Below, piece after piece: positions 51,127 through 60,234 of a stretch of 64,000 bases of DNA. The notes beneath the pieces were generated by a model. It made no database searches. It saw only the letters and a list, made by a program, of their open reading frames with translations, and was not told the origin of the DNA. The stretch is from Thermoplasmatota archaeon (lineage in GTDB: Archaea; Thermoplasmatota; E2; UBA202; JdFR-43). The DNA lies in NCBI GenBank assembly GCA_038818725.1, contig JAWAYL010000001.1:5676-69675 (forward strand), written 5' to 3'. The first letter of the stretch is position 1. Every line of letters starts with the position of its first letter. A program made the translations under genes and the position numbers.

Positions 51127-52128
51127 ATGAAAAAAATAGCCGTGTTAGTAACATTTTCAATTTTGTTTAATTTTTCTTTTTCTCAACCAATTGAGGGACC
51201 GCATGCTATCTGTGGAAATATTTATCTCGGAAACGGTGCCTCAATTTCAAATTTTACAATGATCGCAATTAACCTGAATAGAGGAGATATTATAGAAAAT
51301 GAAAGAATATACAAAAACTCTAACTATTATCAGTTTGATGTAGGAAAACCTGGCCCTAGTTGGAAAGACGGAGACACCGTGAGAATAATAGTTAATTCCA
51401 CTTATAATAATGTTTTATTTGAAGGAATAAAAGAATTTAAGATAACAAAAGATTCTCCTTATCAAAAAATAGATGTTTATTTATATCCTCCTCCTCCTTC
51501 CTCTCCTTCATTAATCGGGATTAAAAAAGGATATATAAAGAGGTCTTATAATTTTAATGTATCTTCCTCTGACCCAAATAATTTTAAAATTTCTTATGGA
51601 ATTGATTGGGACGGAGACGAAACAATAGATGAATGGTCACCATTAATTGATTCCGGAAAAATTTTTAGTGCCGAGAATTCTTGGGATACCGAGGGAAAAT
51701 ACACATTAAAAATAGTTGCTAAAAATGAATATGAAGCATCTTCCTTTTCTTATTTTTTTATAGAGATTTATTCACAACCTTATATACATATTCTTTATCC
51801 GAAGGGAGGAGAAACTCTAAGAGGAAAAATTAAAATTTTATGGAATACAACTTATGAAAAAGTTACTATCGAATATGGTGATGATACTTTTTGGGATACA
51901 ATTGCATCCATTAATAATAGCGGAGAATATGAATGGGACACAACGAAATGTAAAGACGGAAAATACAAAATAAGAATAATTGCCAACGAAAACGATTTCA
52001 TGAGTGAAGAAATTTCTGATTATTTTTATATAAAAAATGATAAAAAAATTCCCTCCCCCTCTTTCTTTATAATATGCATAATTTTAGCTATTTTAATAAT
52101 GATAAAGAAAAAATTTCATATCTCATAA
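51127..52128 (+). CDS. Secreted surface protein (333 aa), paralog of the N-terminal domain of the preceding gene, with a C-terminal IPSPSF-TM-KKK anchor
   Basis: Signal peptide MKKIAVLVTFSILFNFSFSQ. Shares H.ICG.IY.G and DWD.D...DEWS motifs with 49296..51122. C-terminus KKIPSPSFFIICIILAILIMIKKKFHIS. Confidence 0.55.
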   Translation: MKKIAVLVTFSILFNFSFSQPIEGPHAICGNIYLGNGASISNFTMIAINLNRGDIIENERIYKNSNYYQFDVGKPGPSWKDGDTVRIIVNSTYNNVLFEGIKEFKITKDSPYQKIDVYLYPPPPSSPSLIGIKKGYIKRSYNFNVSSSDPNNFKISYGIDWDGDETIDEWSPLIDSGKIFSAENSWDTEGKYTLKIVAKNEYEASSFSYFFIEIYSQPYIHILYPKGGETLRGKIKILWNTTYEKVTIEYGDDTFWDTIASINNSGEYEWDTTKCKDGKYKIRIIANENDFMSEEISDYFYIKNDKKIPSPSFFIICIILAILIMIKKKFHIS

Positions 52129-53840
52129 TAATATTCTCCTGCTTCTTTTTGCTCTCTGTCAAGGCGCGAGTCGATTTTATTTATTCTAGGTCTATTGCTA
52201 TCTTCATCTCTCCTAAATGTAATCTCTAAATCTTTTAAAAATAAATTCATTCCTTCCCTTAAGCTCATTGGTCCCTTAGCAAATCCCTTTCTGCCAGGCT
52301 CACCATAAAAAACCATTAGTGCTTGGCTAACCATATCAACAAAATATATATCGTGCTCAACAACCATACATGCCTTTCCTTCTTTTTCCATAACTCTTTT
52401 TATGGTTTTTGCGACTTTCATTCTTTGTTTTGCATCTAAATATGCAGAGGGCTCATCTATTAAATATAAATCTGCTTCTAAACTCAAGCAATAGGCAATT
52501 GCAACAGTTTGGAGCTCTCCACCAGACAAATTTTTTAAATCATTATCATAAAAATATTTTATATCAAGAGGATGTAAAACTTCTTTTTCATATAAACTAT
52601 GAAATTTATCTTTGTTTTTCTCAAAAAGTTCTTCTACCTTGCCTTCTTCCGCTCTTATATATTGCGGCTTATAGCTTATTTTTATTTTTTTATCTATTTT
52701 TCCTTCATCTGGCTCAATTATTCCAGCGAGAAGCTTTATAAAAGTTGTTTTTCCAATTCCATTTGGACCAACAATTCCAATAACTTCCCCCTTATTTATC
52801 TTTCCCTCATTTACAATTAATTCAAAACCATCATATTTTTTCCTCAATTTATTAAAAATTATTAAATTTTCTGTTTCCTTAAAATCTCGAGGAGGATGCT
52901 TTTCAAACTTTATTTCATCACCAAACCTTACATTTTCCTCCTTTAAGTAACCCGAGAGATATATATTTATACCATGTCTTGCATTTTTTGCATCAGACAC
53001 TATTCCATAAACTCCTCTTTTACCATATAAAATATAAATAATATCTGCAAGAAAATCCATCACTGCTAAATCATGTTCAACAACAACAACCATCTTATCT
53101 TCTGATATTTTTCTTATGATTTTTGCAATTTCCATTCTATTTTTTATATCTAAATAAGAAGTTGGCTCATCAAAAAGGTAAAGATCAGCATCTTCTCTTA
53201 AGGCAGCGAAAATAGCAACTTTTTGAAGCTCCCCTCCAGAAAGCTCACTCATCTTTTTATCGCTCATTCCCTCAATTTCATCTTCAATTCCTTTTTCTGA
53301 GAGAAAATCCTTTACACTTCCTTGGTAGCTTGCTAAATTGTCTATATATTGTGGTTTTATTGAAATTTTTAAATTTTTTTCAGAGATATTTTTTAAAAAA
53401 TTATATAATTCTGTTCCTCTATATGTATCAGTTATCTCCTCCCAGCTTGGTTCTTTTTCTATTCTCCCTAAATTTGGCTTTATTTCACCAGATAAAATTT
53501 TTATTGCAGTTGTTTTTCCAATCCCATTTTCACCAAGCAATCCAACAACTTTTCCCTTTTTTGGAATCGGTAAGCGAAATAGTCTGAAACCATTTTCTCC
53601 ATATTGATGCACAACACTCTCTTTTAGTTCCTCAGGCAAATTTTCTATATGAATGGCTTTAAAAGGACATTTATGAATGCATATCCCACATCCTACACAT
53701 AATTGCTCTGATATAATTGGCTTATTAGCTTCCATCGAAATAACTTCAACACCACTCCTTACTTTTGGACAATATTTTACACATTCCATTGAACATTTTT
53801 TTGGCTGGCATCTATCCCTGTTCAACACAGCAATTCTCAT
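52116..53840 (-). CDS. abcE1: ABCE1 / RNase L inhibitor-type ribosome recycling ATPase
   Basis: N-terminal double [4Fe-4S] motifs (CQPKKCSMECVKYCP, CVGCGICIHKCP) followed by two ABC ATPase cassettes (GENGIGKTT, GPNGIGKTT; LSGGELQ twice). Confidence 0.9.
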   Translation of the reverse strand: MRIAVLNRDRCQPKKCSMECVKYCPKVRSGVEVISMEANKPIISEQLCVGCGICIHKCPFKAIHIENLPEELKESVVHQYGENGFRLFRLPIPKKGKVVGLLGENGIGKTTAIKILSGEIKPNLGRIEKEPSWEEITDTYRGTELYNFLKNISEKNLKISIKPQYIDNLASYQGSVKDFLSEKGIEDEIEGMSDKKMSELSGGELQKVAIFAALREDADLYLFDEPTSYLDIKNRMEIAKIIRKISEDKMVVVVEHDLAVMDFLADIIYILYGKRGVYGIVSDAKNARHGINIYLSGYLKEENVRFGDEIKFEKHPPRDFKETENLIIFNKLRKKYDGFELIVNEGKINKGEVIGIVGPNGIGKTTFIKLLAGIIEPDEGKIDKKIKISYKPQYIRAEEGKVEELFEKNKDKFHSLYEKEVLHPLDIKYFYDNDLKNLSGGELQTVAIAYCLSLEADLYLIDEPSAYLDAKQRMKVAKTIKRVMEKEGKACMVVEHDIYFVDMVSQALMVFYGEPGRKGFAKGPMSLREGMNLFLKDLEITFRRDEDSNRPRINKIDSRLDREQKEAGEYYYEI

Positions 53841-55087
53841 TTTCTCAAGGAATAACCAACAATTTTATCAATAGAATTTATCGCAACTCTTGGCTCTTCA
53901 AAAACAGGTATTTTAAGTTTTAACAACTTTTTCTTTTGTTCTTCTACAAATTTTCCACCCATACATATTGAAATAAGATATTTTCCTGATTTTTTTAAAC
54001 CAGAGTAAAGCTCTTTTAGGCTGGCTGCTAAAGGTGAGTCTTGAAAAACAAGTGTAAGAATAACAATATCTTCCTTACTCTCCTCAATTGCTTTAATAAA
54101 ATCCTTTGCAGTCGCGCTTCCTGTCAAATCAACAATTCCCGCAATTTCTATATTTCTCGCCTGACCCGCAAAATCGCACGCCATCACGCCCGGCCCTGCC
54201 CCATTGGTGATTATCGCAATCCTTCCGCCAGATGGAAGACCACGCATTGCAAGTATTTTCAATATCCCAAAAAATTCTTCAAAGTCATCAGCAAATATTA
54301 TATTTTTCTGTCTGCAAGCGCCTTCAAATATCTTATAGTTTGTTGCCATTGCTCCAGTGTGAAGAGTTGCTGCTTTCTGTCCAAGCTCGCTTCTTCCCGC
54401 CTTTAAAACAACAACAATCTTTTTATTTTTTATCTCAAAAAAATCTTTTCCAATTTCTTCTGCATATACTGCAACTATATCTGTTTTTTTATCATTTTCG
54501 AAATATTGAAGTAAATCAACTTCATTTACATCCGCTTTGTTGCCATAGGATACAAATTTATTAACACCTATTCCTTCCATTGCACATTTTTCAAGAAGAG
54601 CAATTCCAAATGTTCCTGATTGCGTAATTATTGAAACATTTCCTTTTTTTGGCATATCCATGTTTCTTTGGAAAAAAGTATTGAAACCATTTTCTGAATT
54701 AAAAACACCTATACAATTTGGTCCAATAATACGCATCTTATATTTTCTTGCTAACTCAACTAACTTTTTTTCTATCTCTATTTTTCCAATTTCCTTAAAT
54801 CCACCAGATATTATGACAATATTTTTTATTCCCTTTTTACCGCATTTATCTACTTCTTGAATGCATTTATCTGCTTCAATAGCAATTACCGCTAAATCAA
54901 CTTTATCATTTATTTCCTCTAAACTTTTATAACATCTTTTTCCAAGAATTTTTTTTCTATTGGGATTTATAGGATATGCTTTTATCTCGCTTTTTATTAT
55001 ATTTTTAAAGATTTCATATCCTATCTTACCTTTTTTGCTGGATGCACCTACTAATGCTACGCTTCTAGGCTTGAAAAACTTATCCAT
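53837..55087 (-). CDS. CoA-binding alpha-subunit-like protein of ADP-forming acetyl-CoA synthetase / NDP-forming acyl-CoA synthetase family
   Basis: FKPRSVALVGASSKKGKIGYEIFKNI (CoA-binding Rossmann start) and a succinyl-CoA-synthetase-like ligase-CoA domain. 416 aa. Confidence 0.6.
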   Translation of the reverse strand: MDKFFKPRSVALVGASSKKGKIGYEIFKNIIKSEIKAYPINPNRKKILGKRCYKSLEEINDKVDLAVIAIEADKCIQEVDKCGKKGIKNIVIISGGFKEIGKIEIEKKLVELARKYKMRIIGPNCIGVFNSENGFNTFFQRNMDMPKKGNVSIITQSGTFGIALLEKCAMEGIGVNKFVSYGNKADVNEVDLLQYFENDKKTDIVAVYAEEIGKDFFEIKNKKIVVVLKAGRSELGQKAATLHTGAMATNYKIFEGACRQKNIIFADDFEEFFGILKILAMRGLPSGGRIAIITNGAGPGVMACDFAGQARNIEIAGIVDLTGSATAKDFIKAIEESKEDIVILTLVFQDSPLAASLKELYSGLKKSGKYLISICMGGKFVEEQKKKLLKLKIPVFEEPRVAINSIDKIVGYSLRK

Positions 55088-55327
55088 TTATTCTTCACTT
55101 AATATAACAAAATCTTTAACTGATTTAACTGATTCAAATGGAAATAGGATGTAGCCTTCTTCATTCTGATTGTACAAGCGCGGGTCTATTTTGTCAGATG
55201 GTTCCACAATAAGGTCGAGGAGCTTTCCACTGCTCGCATCAACAGTTATATTTCTCACTATCCCCAGATATAATCCACTATTGCTCATAACTTTTTTTCC
55301 TCTTAATTCATTCTCCATTATTTTCAT
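55088..55327 (-). CDS. PRC-barrel domain protein
   Basis: ELRGKKVMSNSGLYLGIVRNITVDASSGKLLDLIVEP shows a PRC-barrel-like pattern. About 79 aa from the ATG at 55327; the track ORF starts at an upstream TTG. Confidence 0.4.
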   Translation of the reverse strand: MKIMENELRGKKVMSNSGLYLGIVRNITVDASSGKLLDLIVEPSDKIDPRLYNQNEEGYILFPFESVKSVKDFVILSEE

Positions 55328-55400
55328 GTTTATCAAATACGAAATATTTTCGCCTTTTTAATTTTGCGCTTTTGGCGGCTTTATTATGCTGTATAAAGAT

Positions 55401-56114
55401 GATGAATTTTTTAGCTTCCCTCGCTATCTCTCAATTAAGATATCCAGAAAATGGTTGTAAAAGATTGAAGAAAAATAGCAAATATACAAAAAGATATAGT
55501 TGAAAGAGTTAGTAAAGAAAACAGAAACAAAAGAATAATTTGGTGAAGAAAAAGCCAAAACAAATCTATTTTTTATTCCAAATGAAAAAAGAGAAGAAAA
55601 GCTGAAAAATTTTAATGTTTTTTGCACCAATATAGATGTAACAAAAGTAGATATTGAATATCTAGCAGAAATATATAGAAAGAGATGGAATATAGAGAAT
55701 TTTTATAGAGATGCTGAAAATAATTTCATGGTTAAAACAAAAACTGCTGATTTTATCATTAAGATATTTCTTCTTCCTTTTCATGTCTCTTTTGTACAAT
55801 TTATGGTATTTTATTAGGATAGATTACTCAATAACAGCAGAAGAATGGAAGGATTTAATTGAAGATGAATTTATAGTAGGCAATTATGCACTGGAAATTA
55901 TGCTCGACATGATAATTCAATTGAAATTGTTTTATTACTCTTTTCTTCTCCAGTTACAGGACTATCTTATGCTTTTATTTTTTAAGATATGATAAATTTC
56001 TGATAAGCTTGTACAATTGTTATTTATTTTGGAGAAAAACAAAAAATTTCCTAAAAATTGTTGTTGTAAAAGGCTTACAACATCAATTTATCGTTGAACA
56101 TTCGGAAATACTGA
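55401..56114 (+). mobile_element. Truncated, degenerate second copy (copy B) of the IS4/ISH-like element, inverted relative to copy A
   Basis: Ends in CGGAAATACTGA at 56103-56114, the same terminal repeat as copy A. About 90% identity to the reverse complement of 1671-2690, with an internal substitution or deletion. Its plus-strand frame reads ...FCTNIDVTKVDIEYLAEIYRKRWNIENFYRDAENNF, the IS4-type Y..RW.IE..F C-terminal signature. Track ORFs 55424..55630 and 55711..55992 lie within it and are spurious. Confidence 0.55.
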
Positions 56115-57407
56115 CTACCAGAAATTTATTCCAAAATATCTAAGAATAAATAGGATAGCAATGACAATAATTGTGATAGCAAAAACTTTTTCAATTATTT
56201 TACCCACCCTTATGTAAGCATTTACTATCTTTGTCCTCATGCTTCTCACGGCAGTTGTAAGAAAAATTACAGGGAAGCCGTGCCCGACTCCAAAAGCAAA
56301 AAGCAAAAGCCCGCCAATCAATAATGTTGTTTTTTGAGCCATAACCAGAATAAAAACAGGCAGAACAAGCGAGATAGCGCACGGCGCCCATCCAACAGCA
56401 AAAATCATACCTAAAAAGAATGCACCCAAAAACAGTGATTTTTTACTTAGTTTACCAAAAAAATTTATTCCCTTTTCTTTAAGTTCCCCATTTCTGATTC
56501 CGAGTCCTAATGGCTTGAAAATGTTTATTCCGAGAAGGAGTAAAATTATCCCGGCTATTAAGTAGAAGAGTGAAGAAATTGATATGAAAAATCCTATTGA
56601 AGAAACCATAATTCCAATTATTAAAAATATAAGAGATAAGCCAAAAGTAAAAAATATACCCACTCCTAAACCAATTAATGCTTCTTTTTTAAAATTTCCA
56701 TTGCTTTTAGTAGCAAAAACGTAGGAAATCATTGAAATTAAAAGAACGATAGAGCATGGGGAAAAAGAAGTTATTATCCCAAGAATAAACATACCAAAAA
56801 ATGTTATTTTATTTTCATCCTTTTTTTGATTTAAAGTTTCTCCAGCCAGAATTTTTTCAGCATCTTTTAACAATGAATCAGCGTTTTGCACGCCATCTAT
56901 TTTTCCCCTCCCTATGCAATATACATGATAAACACCAACTATTGCCAACGATTGATTGATAAGAACTATTGTAGGATTTGAAATAGCTCCATCAATTGTA
57001 TAATAGCTTGAATACAAATTTGCTATTTTATATGGAGAAAATTCCTCAATCCAGTACCATGTCACATTAATTTTATACCATTTTTCAACAAGCGTTTTTC
57101 CATCTTCTGAGGCATTATTTTTTCTTAAGTTGAGAGTTACAATTGTAATTTTTTCTTTTTTCATCTCTGAAAGTTTCGAGAGTTCAATTATCTGCTCTTT
57201 TAACTCTTTTTCACATTCCATACATATAGGTTTTTCAAGGTTCTGGATATGCATTATTGTTACATTTCCTATACAATCATTTAATGAAAAATTTTTACCA
57301 TCAACTGTTATTGAACTGAACATAGGTGCATAATTTTCATCATTTCCCCTCGATGTGTTAGAAAGAATTGCAAGGATAACTAAAAGAATAATTAATTTAA
57401 ATCTCAT
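56115..57407 (-). CDS. Membrane thiol-disulfide electron transporter: extracytoplasmic thioredoxin-like domain fused to a CcdA/DsbD-family TM domain
   Basis: Signal/TM start MRFKLIILLVILAILS (ATG at 57407). CxxC in the soluble domain (PICMEC). Two TM-embedded Cys (SFSPCSIV, WAPCAISL), as in CcdA/DsbD. Confidence 0.5.
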   Translation of the reverse strand: MRFKLIILLVILAILSNTSRGNDENYAPMFSSITVDGKNFSLNDCIGNVTIMHIQNLEKPICMECEKELKEQIIELSKLSEMKKEKITIVTLNLRKNNASEDGKTLVEKWYKINVTWYWIEEFSPYKIANLYSSYYTIDGAISNPTIVLINQSLAIVGVYHVYCIGRGKIDGVQNADSLLKDAEKILAGETLNQKKDENKITFFGMFILGIITSFSPCSIVLLISMISYVFATKSNGNFKKEALIGLGVGIFFTFGLSLIFLIIGIMVSSIGFFISISSLFYLIAGIILLLLGINIFKPLGLGIRNGELKEKGINFFGKLSKKSLFLGAFFLGMIFAVGWAPCAISLVLPVFILVMAQKTTLLIGGLLLFAFGVGHGFPVIFLTTAVRSMRTKIVNAYIRVGKIIEKVFAITIIVIAILFILRYFGINFW

Positions 57408-57930
57408 ATTCTGCACCATAATATGATATGGCGTCACTGATATATTCAATCAACCACTCCTTTCCAGTTCTTCCTATCTCTGAATGCCATATTATCTGGG
57501 TTTCCCCTTTATATTCTACTTTTGAAATTATTATTGTTAGAGGAATATACCATTGCCCTGCTTGAGGATAATAAATATTGTATGCATCCCACGCCCTGCT
57601 ATCGCTTCCATCTGTAAGAATGTCAATGTATATGATTTTATTTCCATATTCTTCCATTACCTCCTCTAAATCTTTTTGCTGCTGTATGCATGGCAGACAA
57701 TTATTGCTGTGGACAAGTATAATGAGTGGTTTTTTTTCAATTTCATTTAAAACCCATTCAGGATGAGCAACTTTTTGTCCACTTTGTGGATGTAATGAAG
57801 GATAATCAATCCAGAAATCATCTTCTCCATCTCCTATTGAATTTTTTGCACTTATTGATGAGTTTTTAACGCATCCATTCAATATCAATGAAATAATGAT
57901 TAATGCAATTATTTCTTTAATTTTATTCAT
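57397..57930 (-). CDS. Secreted or lipid-anchored thioredoxin-like protein (CxxC = CLPC)
   Basis: Signal MNKIKEIIALIIISLILNGC (lipobox-like Cys), then LIILVHSNNCLPCIQQQKDLEEV thioredoxin-fold motif. Confidence 0.5.
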   Translation of the reverse strand: MNKIKEIIALIIISLILNGCVKNSSISAKNSIGDGEDDFWIDYPSLHPQSGQKVAHPEWVLNEIEKKPLIILVHSNNCLPCIQQQKDLEEVMEEYGNKIIYIDILTDGSDSRAWDAYNIYYPQAGQWYIPLTIIISKVEYKGETQIIWHSEIGRTGKEWLIEYISDAISYYGAEYEI

Positions 57931-59332
57931 GTCCTTCCCTCAACAATTTTTCTATCCTGCTTTTTATTTCATCTCTCACTCTTCTATATTCTTCAATATC
58001 CTTTCCTTTTGGATCAGGAATATTCCATTCAACTGTTTTTTCTTTTGGAGTTGGAGGGTATCCATCAATGCAACCCATGGTTACAATAATATCAAATTCT
58101 TCCTTTCCTGCAAGCATTTTTGGTTTTTTATTGCTTATATCAATACCTATTTCTTTCATTACTTCAATTGCTTTTTCATCTACTTTACTCGCTGGCTTTA
58201 TTCCTGCACTCTCCGCTTTTGCATTTTTTGCCATTGAATTAAATATTGCTTCCGCCATCTGGCTTCTGCAAGAATTTTCTGTACATAGGAAAAGAATTTT
58301 TTTAAACCCGAATTTATCTCTTGTCCTATTTGCTATTGCTACAAGGCTCAGCATAATCGGCACTTCTTCAAGCACCCCAACAACAGTTGCAAGAGCTGCT
58401 CCTGAAGCAAGCCCATAAACAGATATAGCTACAGCCACAGCTAGCTCAAAAAAATTGCTAGCCCCTATCATAGCTGCTGGGGCGGCTATGCTATGGGGCA
58501 ATTTCCATAGATATGCCCATCCATAAGAAATAGTGAAAATAAAATATGTTTGAATGGCAAAAGGAATTGCTATTAGTAATATATGGAATGGATTTGATAT
58601 AATTATTTCTCCTTGAAAAGAGAAAAGAATAATAAGGGTTAGAAGCAAACCGATTATTGTAATCTTACCAATTTTCTTCAAAAGCACTTCTTCAAGCCAT
58701 TTTATGCCCCTATTTTTTATTGCCCATTGCCTCGTTAAATAGCCAAATGTAAGGGGAATAACAACAAAAAGAATAACAGATAAAATCAGTGTATCATATG
58801 GAACCGCAAACCCGCTTATGTCAAGCAAAAATGAAACTATTGGAACATAAGCAAATAAAATTATAAGGTCATTTGTAGCTACCTGCACAAGTGTATAGCC
58901 CGCATCACCTCTGCTAAGATAACTCCAGACAAACACCATTGCGGTGCATGGCGCCGCCCCTAAGAAGACTGCCCCTGCAATATATTGGTTTTGCAAATCT
59001 GCGGGTATATATCTTGCAAATAAAAAAGAGAAAAATATCAATGAGAAAAGATACATGGTAAACGGCTTGATAATCCAGTTTATTGTCCATGTAAGGATAA
59101 GTCCTTTTGGTTTTTTTGCCGCATTTTTTATGCTGTTGAAATCAACTCTAACCATCATAGGATATATCATAAGCCATATCAACACAGCAACAGGCAGTGA
59201 AACATGCGCATATTCAAAATGACTTAGAATTTCTGGGAAGGCTGGGAAAAATTTTCCAATTAAAATACCTAAAATTATACAAATTGCTACCCATATTGTA
59301 AGATATTTTTCAAATATTCCAAGTTTCTCCAT
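57923..59332 (-). CDS. ACR3-family arsenite efflux permease fused to a C-terminal LMW-PTP-type arsenate reductase (ArsC) domain
   Basis: About 340-aa ten-TM ACR3-like body. C-terminal KKILFLCTENSCRSQMAEAIFNS (the CX5R P-loop of thioredoxin-coupled ArsC/LMW-PTP) plus downstream Cys residues. Confidence 0.7.
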   Translation of the reverse strand: MEKLGIFEKYLTIWVAICIILGILIGKFFPAFPEILSHFEYAHVSLPVAVLIWLMIYPMMVRVDFNSIKNAAKKPKGLILTWTINWIIKPFTMYLFSLIFFSFLFARYIPADLQNQYIAGAVFLGAAPCTAMVFVWSYLSRGDAGYTLVQVATNDLIILFAYVPIVSFLLDISGFAVPYDTLILSVILFVVIPLTFGYLTRQWAIKNRGIKWLEEVLLKKIGKITIIGLLLTLIILFSFQGEIIISNPFHILLIAIPFAIQTYFIFTISYGWAYLWKLPHSIAAPAAMIGASNFFELAVAVAISVYGLASGAALATVVGVLEEVPIMLSLVAIANRTRDKFGFKKILFLCTENSCRSQMAEAIFNSMAKNAKAESAGIKPASKVDEKAIEVMKEIGIDISNKKPKMLAGKEEFDIIVTMGCIDGYPPTPKEKTVEWNIPDPKGKDIEEYRRVRDEIKSRIEKLLREGHE

Positions 59333-59613
59333 TATTCACACTCCTCTATGATTTTATTTGCTACTTTTTCTATCATTTTAAGAATATTATATATTTTATC
59401 ATCAGATAGAGAATAAATTATTTTCTTTCCGTCTTGTCTTGTTTTAACAAGCCCGCAATCTCGAAGCATTTTTAAATGATGTGAAACAAGAGATTGTTCT
59501 ATACCAGTAAATTCAGATATTTCATTAACACATTTTTCTCCTTCTCCAAGAAATTTTAAAATTTTTCTTCTATTTTCATCGGCTATACATTTAAGAAATT
59601 TATCATCTTTCAT
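59332..59613 (-). CDS. arsR: ArsR/SmtB-family metalloregulator
   Basis: HTH KCVNEISEFTGIEQSLVSHHLKMLRDCGLVK. Cys pair near the DNA-binding helix. Likely start is the ATG at 59613; the track ORF starts at a TTG at 59622. Confidence 0.75.
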   Translation of the reverse strand: MKDDKFLKCIADENRRKILKFLGEGEKCVNEISEFTGIEQSLVSHHLKMLRDCGLVKTRQDGKKIIYSLSDDKIYNILKMIEKVANKIIEECE

Positions 59614-59724
59614 ATGAATCAAAATTCATATGAAAATTTGATATTTAAATTTTATCTTCAAAGGATTCCCAAAATTTTTTCATGTAAATGCAACAAATTT
59701 TTATATCAGATTTTATTTTTTACT

Positions 59725-59798
59725 GGGCTCGTAGCTCAGCTAGGTAGAGCAGCAGGCTCTTAACCTGTTGGCCGGGGGTTCGAATCCCCCCGAGCCCG
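59725..59798 (+). tRNA. tRNA-Lys (anticodon CTT)
   Basis: GGGCTCGTAGCTCAGCTAGGTAGAGCAGCAGGCTCTTAACCTGTTGGCCGGGGGTTCGAATCCCCCCGAGCCCG folds as a cloverleaf: 7-bp acceptor stem, anticodon loop CTCTTAA, T-loop TTCGAAT. Confidence 0.85.
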
Positions 59799-60234
59799 TA
59801 ACAAATAATATCTATGTTCCATTAAGGAAAGAAATAGTAAAATATCTTATAAAAACAGAAAGATAATAAGTATTTTTGTGTTTTAGAGTTATGAGAAAAG
59901 ATATATTAGCAACAGGAATAGCCCTTCTTATATTAGGGGGATTTTTATTTTTTTATAGTTATAATAAAGTAAAAGAATATCAAAATTTACGCATTTTGGA
60001 TCCAGAAATACAAAAGAAATATGAAATGTTTTAGTTATTGGAATCTGTAGGAGCTCCTATTACACTTGTTGGGTTTGTAGGGGGCATAGCGGGTGCAGTT
60101 TCTCAACCGCCGGAAAAGGGCGTTAAAGATATGGAAAAAATAAAGGAGGAAAGATAATGAGAAGCGGGGTATCTGGAGATTTCAGATTCATTGCTTGACA
60201 TCCCTTATCAATACTTATTGCCGGGGGATTTTTA

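Noticed and set aside
32503-52128. Diversity-generating retroelement targeting the PKD/lectin-like surface proteins
   Set aside because: No reverse transcriptase ORF (no YxDD-type motif) and no template/variable repeat pair were found anywhere in the window. The nucleotide-identical cassettes are better explained by gene conversion.
55424-55992. Track ORFs 55424..55630 (minus) and 55711..55992 (plus) as genes
   Set aside because: They lie inside the truncated IS copy B. The only meaningful reading there is the transposase C-terminal fragment (YRKRWNIENF) in another frame.
59601-59640. ArsR operator: imperfect palindrome or direct repeat (CATATGAA x2) overlapping the arsR start
   Set aside because: The symmetry is imperfect and the repeat partly reflects the M-I-H-M coding sequence. 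Too weak to call a site.
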